DNA from: Candidatus Binataceae bacterium
GTDB taxonomy: Bacteria; Desulfobacterota; Binatia; Binatales; Binataceae
DNA length: 64,000 nt
Assembly: GCA_050736615.1 (NCBI GenBank)
Contig: JBOHWL010000136.1
Span: 16,828 to 80,827 of the forward strand
Reading direction: 5' to 3'
Under the pieces are notes generated by a model, which saw only the letters and a program-made list of their open reading frames with translations, was not told the DNA's origin and did not search any database. A program made the translations under genes and the position numbers. This document shows, in pieces, positions 58,929 through 64,000 of the stretch (positions within the stretch are counted from its first letter, which is position 1; every line of letters begins with the position of its first letter).

Positions 58929-60113
58929 TTGAGATTCGCCGGAACAGCAGTCAGTGTTTGTGCGCTAGTCACACTATTGTGCGGCGGCACCGCTGTCTAT
59001 TCGCAAGGGGACTATTTCAGCAGCAACAGTGGCGGCCCCGGGAATAGTACCGGTACGACCGGACGCGGGGATTACTTCAGCAGCAGAGGCACTGATACGC
59101 AAGGTATCCACGGTAACCCTAACTGCCCGCCGCCGGTGATTAACGGCATCACGCCCAAAAACTGGTCGTGCGGAACTGGCAAACAGGCGGTTCAATTGCC
59201 ACCTGTTAATTCCACAAATCGGTCGCAGCGAATACGACGGATGTGGGACAAAAATCCCAGTATCCCGTGCGACGCAAGTAGTCTGCCGCAACCCGGTAAC
59301 ACTGTCGCGAACGCGCAGGACCTCGTAAAGCTTATCTGGCAGCGCTACAACACCGGCAAACCGATTGGCGTATATCGCGTAGTCAATATGTCTACAGCAA
59401 CCTGCCTGATGGTTTTGTCGGGCACGCAACCTTTTACACCTCAATCAACGGGGCCGCTCGAAGATGTTGCGAGTGCACTGGGAATGAATGACGGGTTTCG
59501 TCAAGCAATAATCGAGCACATGGGAAGCGCTGATTTCGCATCCGTCTGTCCGCCCGGCAGCCGCCTCATTCTGGCGGGGCACAGCCTCGGCGGAATGGAA
59601 GCTCAACTGGTCGCGGCCGATCCTCGCACCGCCGCCCTTGGATATCAGCCCATGGCGGTAATCACGTTTGGCTCGCCCAAGGTCGCGCCAGAGGCGATGC
59701 AGACCAATTCGGCCGGGGGTATAACCGGCTTCACTCTCTACCGACGTTTCACAACTATCGGCGATCCGATTCCTTATTCCACGCGAGGTCTTGGAGCGTT
59801 TCAGCCGACTAATCAGATTTATGTGGACGATCGTAGCCCGGCTCAGAAAGCGCAAATCATCGCTTATACCGATGGATTGATTGATACCACTCTCAACACC
59901 CGGCTTGGGCTCCTGGCTTGGATAGCAATGGGTGCGATGGGACCCCACATGGCGTATCCATGTGTACGGATGCTGGCGGATGACTTTGACGCCCTGGGCA
60001 ATCGCATCAGCAGTCCGGGCTCAGGTACGCAACTGATACTTGCCCCCGCACCTGATCAAAAATTCTATTCGGCGCCGTCGCGATTAGGTGTAACGCCCCT
60101 TTCCAAACGCTAG
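58929..60113 (+). CDS. secreted class-3-lipase-like alpha/beta hydrolase
   Basis: Signal peptide MRFAGTAVSVCALVTLLCGGTAVYSQG. TTG start 5-6 nt after a GGGGGGAAG RBS. Nucleophile elbow LILAGHSLGGMEA (GHSLGG). Confidence 0.65.
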   Translation: MRFAGTAVSVCALVTLLCGGTAVYSQGDYFSSNSGGPGNSTGTTGRGDYFSSRGTDTQGIHGNPNCPPPVINGITPKNWSCGTGKQAVQLPPVNSTNRSQRIRRMWDKNPSIPCDASSLPQPGNTVANAQDLVKLIWQRYNTGKPIGVYRVVNMSTATCLMVLSGTQPFTPQSTGPLEDVASALGMNDGFRQAIIEHMGSADFASVCPPGSRLILAGHSLGGMEAQLVAADPRTAALGYQPMAVITFGSPKVAPEAMQTNSAGGITGFTLYRRFTTIGDPIPYSTRGLGAFQPTNQIYVDDRSPAQKAQIIAYTDGLIDTTLNTRLGLLAWIAMGAMGPHMAYPCVRMLADDFDALGNRISSPGSGTQLILAPAPDQKFYSAPSRLGVTPLSKR

Positions 60114-60335
60114 CGGGCTGTTGAAAAATCACAGCCTGCACCCCCTCTCTTTCTCCCCCGCAAAAGGGCGGGAGAGAAGCTCGAGGAAAGCAGTATGTTC
60201 TAACGCAGCTCGCGGACTCGCCTGCTCGGCTCCACTTCGCTCCGCCTGGTGCTTTACGCAGGGTGTCGAGGGCACTGGGTGCAACTTGCGCTAAGAGCCC
60301 TTTTTCAACACCCTGCTAAGGGAGCCTCTGCGCAA

Positions 60336-60607
60336 GTCTTAATCTGTCATTTCGAGCGTGGCTAGCGGAGTCGCGCTGCGCGGCGAAGCGAGCACACCAG
60401 TGGAGCGAAGCGGAACGAGCGGGCGAGTCTGCGAGCCGTGTTCCGGGTAAATTGAGTCCGCGAGCTGTGTATAAAAGCGCGGAAATTTGTTCATTTCCTT
60501 CGGTTTGTCCGGGATTCCTCATTTATTTCGAACGCACCTGCAGACTCGTTCGCTCGCATAGTCTTCGGCTACGCTAATGGCGGGCTCCGTTGGGAATGAC
60601 AAAGGGG
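60336..60607. repeat. palindromic MITE/REP-like element, expanded ~270-bp copy inside a repeat-rich convergent intergenic region
   Basis: Left terminus GTCTTAATCTGTCATTTCGAGC (60336-60357). Right terminus TTGGGAATGACAAAG (60590-60604). Segment 60514-60558 (gattcctcatttatttcgaacgcacctgcagactcgttcgctcg) is ~85% identical to the interior of the 34937-35098 copy. The reverse complement of the left interior (60358-60420) matches the 2051-2082 partial copy. Confidence 0.5.
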
Positions 60608-60672
60608 TATCGACAGAACCGGTGACCAGCCCTCAGCCGCGCGTCCGGCCGGGCGGGCGGCGGCATCGGCAG

Positions 60673-61887
60673 TCATAGGTTCATGTGACTGCGGTTATAG
60701 CCAGGGGTTTGACCAGAGGTCATAACGTTCGGTGCGTTGGGCGGGGTGAAACCCAACTGTGTCACGGCCCAATACGCAAAACTGTTGCTGTTGACAGCGT
60801 TGTTGGTAAGCTCTGGCGTCGGATTGTAGGGAAGTCCCGCATTGTTAACCCGGCTTTCGAGCTGGCTCATCTCCTGCGCCGCTTCGGAGCAGCTTTCGGA
60901 GACCTGGCCGGCAGTTTCTATCTGAGCGCCCTGCCCAAGGGGTAGGGTCTGCAAATTGCGGACACGTGTCGTCAGCGGCCCCCAATTGGGAAAATGCCCG
61001 GTCGGATTGCCTTCGTAACCTGTGGGCTGGAATCCAGGTCCGCTGAGAATCACGACGGTGTGAATTGCGTTCGTGATTCCGACAAACGTTCTCACGCCGA
61101 TAAATTCGAAACCGACCTGCACCTGGCAGCTCGGGGGCGCCACTTGACTTGCCGGGCAATAAAGCGAGACCGCCTGCACCACGCGCTGTCCCGGATTGAC
61201 GAAGTTGGCCGTCGCGACTGAAATGGCGGAGGCCGCGCCGTTCGGACGGCAGGTGATCGGCGGTGTCATCCGGGCGGTGATAAAATTATGAACGAGGCTG
61301 GGCGAACCGCTCTCTATGGCGAAAAAGCCGTTGGCATCCGGCCCGGAGGCTAGCGGCGAGCATTCGATGGCCATACCGGCCGCGTAATCGAATACAGTGA
61401 ATGTCACGACCGGCGCTTCGAAGCCACTGACGACGGAATTGGTGGGGCAAAGCATCGCGGGTTGCTCGTCGCCTCCAGCGTCATTGCCGGCCTCCGCGCC
61501 CCATTGCAGGCTGTCGCGGCTCCAGCTCCAGCCCGAAACATCACGCTTCGGGACCGCACAAGCGATCCGCACATAATCGAGCACGTCCCCGCGGCGAATT
61601 TGCGCGCCGACCAGTGCGCTGCCCTTGGGACAACGCAAAGTCTCGAGTTGGTAGCCCCGGCCGAGCCTCTGTCCGCCAGCCTGTCCTCCCGAAGCAGCCG
61701 TGTCGCGCTCGCCCGGACCGGGCTTGCTCCACATCGGCGTGGAAAGGCCGCCTCTCAGGCCTAAGCCGAAGCCGCCTTGCGCAAAGGCGCTTCCTGCCCC
61801 TATTGCTAGCGCGCCACAACCGACGGCTGTTGCAAGTAGGAGGAGGCCCGCTCGCGCAAACGTTGCGAACCAATTTCCGCCCGCCAT
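60673..61887 (-). CDS. secreted protein of unknown function (Cys-containing repeats)
   Basis: Start reassigned to ATG 61887, 8 nt after GGAGGA. Signal peptide MAGGNWFATFARAGLLLLATAVGCGALAIGAGSAFAQ. Two related Cys-containing segments (RCPKGSALVG...RIACAV / LCPTNSVVSG...AIECSP). Confidence 0.5.
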   Translation of the reverse strand: MAGGNWFATFARAGLLLLATAVGCGALAIGAGSAFAQGGFGLGLRGGLSTPMWSKPGPGERDTAASGGQAGGQRLGRGYQLETLRCPKGSALVGAQIRRGDVLDYVRIACAVPKRDVSGWSWSRDSLQWGAEAGNDAGGDEQPAMLCPTNSVVSGFEAPVVTFTVFDYAAGMAIECSPLASGPDANGFFAIESGSPSLVHNFITARMTPPITCRPNGAASAISVATANFVNPGQRVVQAVSLYCPASQVAPPSCQVQVGFEFIGVRTFVGITNAIHTVVILSGPGFQPTGYEGNPTGHFPNWGPLTTRVRNLQTLPLGQGAQIETAGQVSESCSEAAQEMSQLESRVNNAGLPYNPTPELTNNAVNSNSFAYWAVTQLGFTPPNAPNVMTSGQTPGYNRSHMNL

Positions 61888-62013
61888 TGCTATCCTCCAA
61901 CCGCGGGCCGCAGAACCTCCCAGGGCGAGCCCCGAAGATTTTCCCGAGACCCTCCCATACCCCGACTTCTGTGCCCGCCGCTGCTCGGCGCTCGTCTGCC
62001 GCATGCTTCGCGA

Positions 62014-63594
62014 TCAGCGGGTGCGCTTGTGGTAGTAGCGGGGCGGAGCGGGGTTAGTGGATGAACCGTTGTTGCCGCCCAGTAATCCCGACGCGACACC
62101 GCCAATCACGCCACCGATGATGCCTGCTATCGCGCCGCCCTCAATTCCAGAAATCCCCGAACCTTGCGATTGTACCGGCGTGGGCTGCTGGTACGGATAC
62201 GGCTCATTGCCAGCTTCTTGGGGATACGGGTTGCCAGCTTCCTCAGGCCGATAATAACGGTGAACGTGGTGGCGCACCGGCGAATGGTATTGCCGATTCG
62301 TTATCGGCGCGGGCTGTGGCGACGGCTGGGCTGGTAGCGGCGGCGGTTGATAGATCACCTGTTTGGGTGGATGCTCCCTGATGTATTCCTGATGAGCCAG
62401 TTCCTCCTGCTGGCTCCTCCAGTAACTGTAGCCCGTGGCCGCGACGGCGATGACCACGGCGGCCGCGATCGCCGGAATAATCAGGCGCCGCGCACTTGAT
62501 TTCGCCTTATCCGCGGTTGAATTCGCCGCGGGCGGCCGCACCGGGCGCGTGAGCGATTCGGAGGGGGCTTCTTCTTTGAAAACCCAGGTGCCTTGGTTGA
62601 CTGCCGTGCTTTTCGATTGCATCGGCGTGGTCGCGTCTTGGCCGAGCTCGACAAACGGCTCCGACTGCGGATTAGTGGCGGCGGTTTGACCAACCACAGA
62701 GGTCGACATGGTTTGCAACGGCTGCGTCGAATCGCGGCTCTGAGGTTCAGGGATCGGCGTTTGTACCTGAGCGCCCAGGTCCGCTTTGATCGCTTCAAGC
62801 CGCAGCCTGAATTCGCGCGCGCTCGGGATACGCTGCTCGATTTTGTCCGCCAATGACAGCGCGAGAAGGTCGGATAGCTCCTTGCTGCAATCCGAACGCA
62901 GACTGATTAGGGCGGGAAAATCGAACGGCACCGGGATGCGGCCGGTGAGCGCGTGATGGAGCGTCGCGCCGAGCGAATATAAATCCGAGCGCGCCTCGAC
63001 CATGCCGCCGTACTGTTCTTTAGGCGCGTAGCCGGGCGTGCCAAACGTCGTCATCGTCGCGTTCTGGAAAAAGCGCGCGATACCGAAATCAATCAGCCTG
63101 ACCTTGCCCGTCGGCGTCACCATTACGTTGGCCGGCTTCATGTCGCGATAAATGATTGGCGGCGTCAAACCGTGCAGGTATTCCAGCGTCGCGAGGATCT
63201 GCAGTGCGATATCGATTACCTCGGCTTGCGGCATCCCGGCGCGAGCGGCGCTCATCAGGTCCTGAAACGTGCCGCCCTCGACGTACTCCATCACGAGATA
63301 ATGATTCTGCCGCTCGCTGAATTTGTCGAAAATCTGGATAATATGCTCGTCCTTGAGCCGGGCGAGCATGTCGGCTTCTCGTTGAAAGCCAAGAATCGCC
63401 TGCTGTTGCTCCTCGGGATTGGCGAAGTTGTCGATCATCTCCGCCACAGCGCATAACCTGCTATTCAGGCGCAGATCCTCGGCGAGATAGACCACCTTCA
63501 TCCCGCCGCCGCCAAGTTTCCTGCCGAGCCGATAACGCCCGCTCAGGACCGTGGGAGAACCAAGAGTTGACGTGGTTTGAGGGTCGGTTGCCAT
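62014..63594 (-). CDS. Hanks-type Ser/Thr protein kinase with TM helix and C-terminal glycine-zipper tail
   Basis: GGGGMKVVYLA (Gly loop with Lys), IIYRDMKPANV (catalytic loop), LIDFGIARF (DFG), GTPGYAPKE (activation segment). Then the TM helix IIPAIAAAVVIAVAATGY, a Pro/Gln-rich region and a GIxGG repeat tail. Confidence 0.85.
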   Translation of the reverse strand: MATDPQTTSTLGSPTVLSGRYRLGRKLGGGGMKVVYLAEDLRLNSRLCAVAEMIDNFANPEEQQQAILGFQREADMLARLKDEHIIQIFDKFSERQNHYLVMEYVEGGTFQDLMSAARAGMPQAEVIDIALQILATLEYLHGLTPPIIYRDMKPANVMVTPTGKVRLIDFGIARFFQNATMTTFGTPGYAPKEQYGGMVEARSDLYSLGATLHHALTGRIPVPFDFPALISLRSDCSKELSDLLALSLADKIEQRIPSAREFRLRLEAIKADLGAQVQTPIPEPQSRDSTQPLQTMSTSVVGQTAATNPQSEPFVELGQDATTPMQSKSTAVNQGTWVFKEEAPSESLTRPVRPPAANSTADKAKSSARRLIIPAIAAAVVIAVAATGYSYWRSQQEELAHQEYIREHPPKQVIYQPPPLPAQPSPQPAPITNRQYHSPVRHHVHRYYRPEEAGNPYPQEAGNEPYPYQQPTPVQSQGSGISGIEGGAIAGIIGGVIGGVASGLLGGNNGSSTNPAPPRYYHKRTR

Positions 63595-64000
63595 GGAACG
63601 ACTCCGGCGGGGCCGCGATTAGCAATTTCAAAAACGGCTGAGGCGAACCCGTTCAATCAGCCGTTGATGAGCTGAAGCGTCCAAAAGGGCTCATTAATTC
63701 GCTCACGTGCGACGGCATCGCATCAGATTCGCCCCGAAAGCAAAACGTTGGCAGAGTTTAGCGCTAATATCCGCCGGAATCCAGCATCACATCGACATGG
63801 ATAGCGTTTGAGGGCAATTGACAGTAGGTGCGGCAATCAAAGCCACGTTCTTGGGACAAACGCGCGCGAGAAAAGCTCACTGAATTGCGGAGCATCTGCG
63901 CATAACCCGAGCGAGCACTTCTCTCAGCCGGGCGGGCGTCCAACGCCTTACGTCACATTCCCAGATGGTCGCGACATGCCATCCTAAGCTGCGCAGCCGT

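Noticed and set aside
1-64000. CRISPR arrays, integrases, transposases, reverse transcriptases, large defence ATPases or helicases
   Set aside because: No array of regularly spaced direct repeats and no such protein signatures were found on either strand. The only mobile-like signals are the MITE-like repeats and the excisionase-type HTH.

Overview
High-GC (roughly 60-65%) bacterial chromosomal window, densely coding and mostly housekeeping. The composition and gene content would fit Acidobacteriota, Methylomirabilota or a similar soil lineage, but that is only a guess.

From left to right the window holds:
- a 5'-partial CCG-domain Fe-S oxidoreductase subunit;
- two LLM (luciferase-like, F420-type) oxidoreductases flanking a secreted histidine-rich repeat protein;
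- a complete isc Fe-S cluster operon (iscS-iscU-iscA-hscB-hscA-iscX) with no iscR and no fdx, followed by an unknown HTH-like gene;
- a GNAT acetyltransferase, an MMPL/RND transporter, an orphan secF and a pair of tiny zinc-ribbon genes (one below the ORF-track size cut-off);
- trmI, a cyclase-family gene and a SAM methyltransferase;
- a 6-gene minus-strand acyl-CoA hydratase/aldolase-like operon (alpha/beta hydrolase, SCP-x thiolase, DUF35, PHP, two MaoC hotdog proteins) under an excisionase-type HTH gene;
- an AT-rich stretch carrying a strong promoter, an HExxH protein and a hypothetical protein;
- a cupredoxin and a Tat metallophosphoesterase;
- an ECF sigma factor that is frameshifted, with an intact zf-HC2 anti-sigma factor;
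- smpB, a MetE-like methyltransferase, DedA plus DUF2007, gltA, ispG, a frameshifted GNAT, tal, folK and a dapL-like aminotransferase;
- a complete Alternative Complex III (actA, actB, actC, actD, actF; no actE) directly coupled to a caa3-type oxidase (coxB with a cytochrome c domain, a coxA-coxC fusion, coxD, ctaG);
- two unknown polytopic membrane proteins, an SDR and a cupin.

The best novel-system candidate is the last block: a PrsW-family intramembrane protease with an FHA-like tail, a membrane PP2C phosphatase, a membrane double-FHA protein, a secreted class-3 lipase, a secreted unknown protein and a Hanks Ser/Thr kinase.

Non-genic signals:
- a family of palindromic MITE/REP-like repeats at four loci, with an elaborate nested copy between the lipase and the secreted protein;
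- operator-like palindromes in the isc promoter;
- two apparent +1/-1 frameshifts (the sigma factor and the GNAT gene);
- several hairpins and small tandem duplications.

All functional calls come from recognising motifs by eye in the translated ORFs. No database searches were run.
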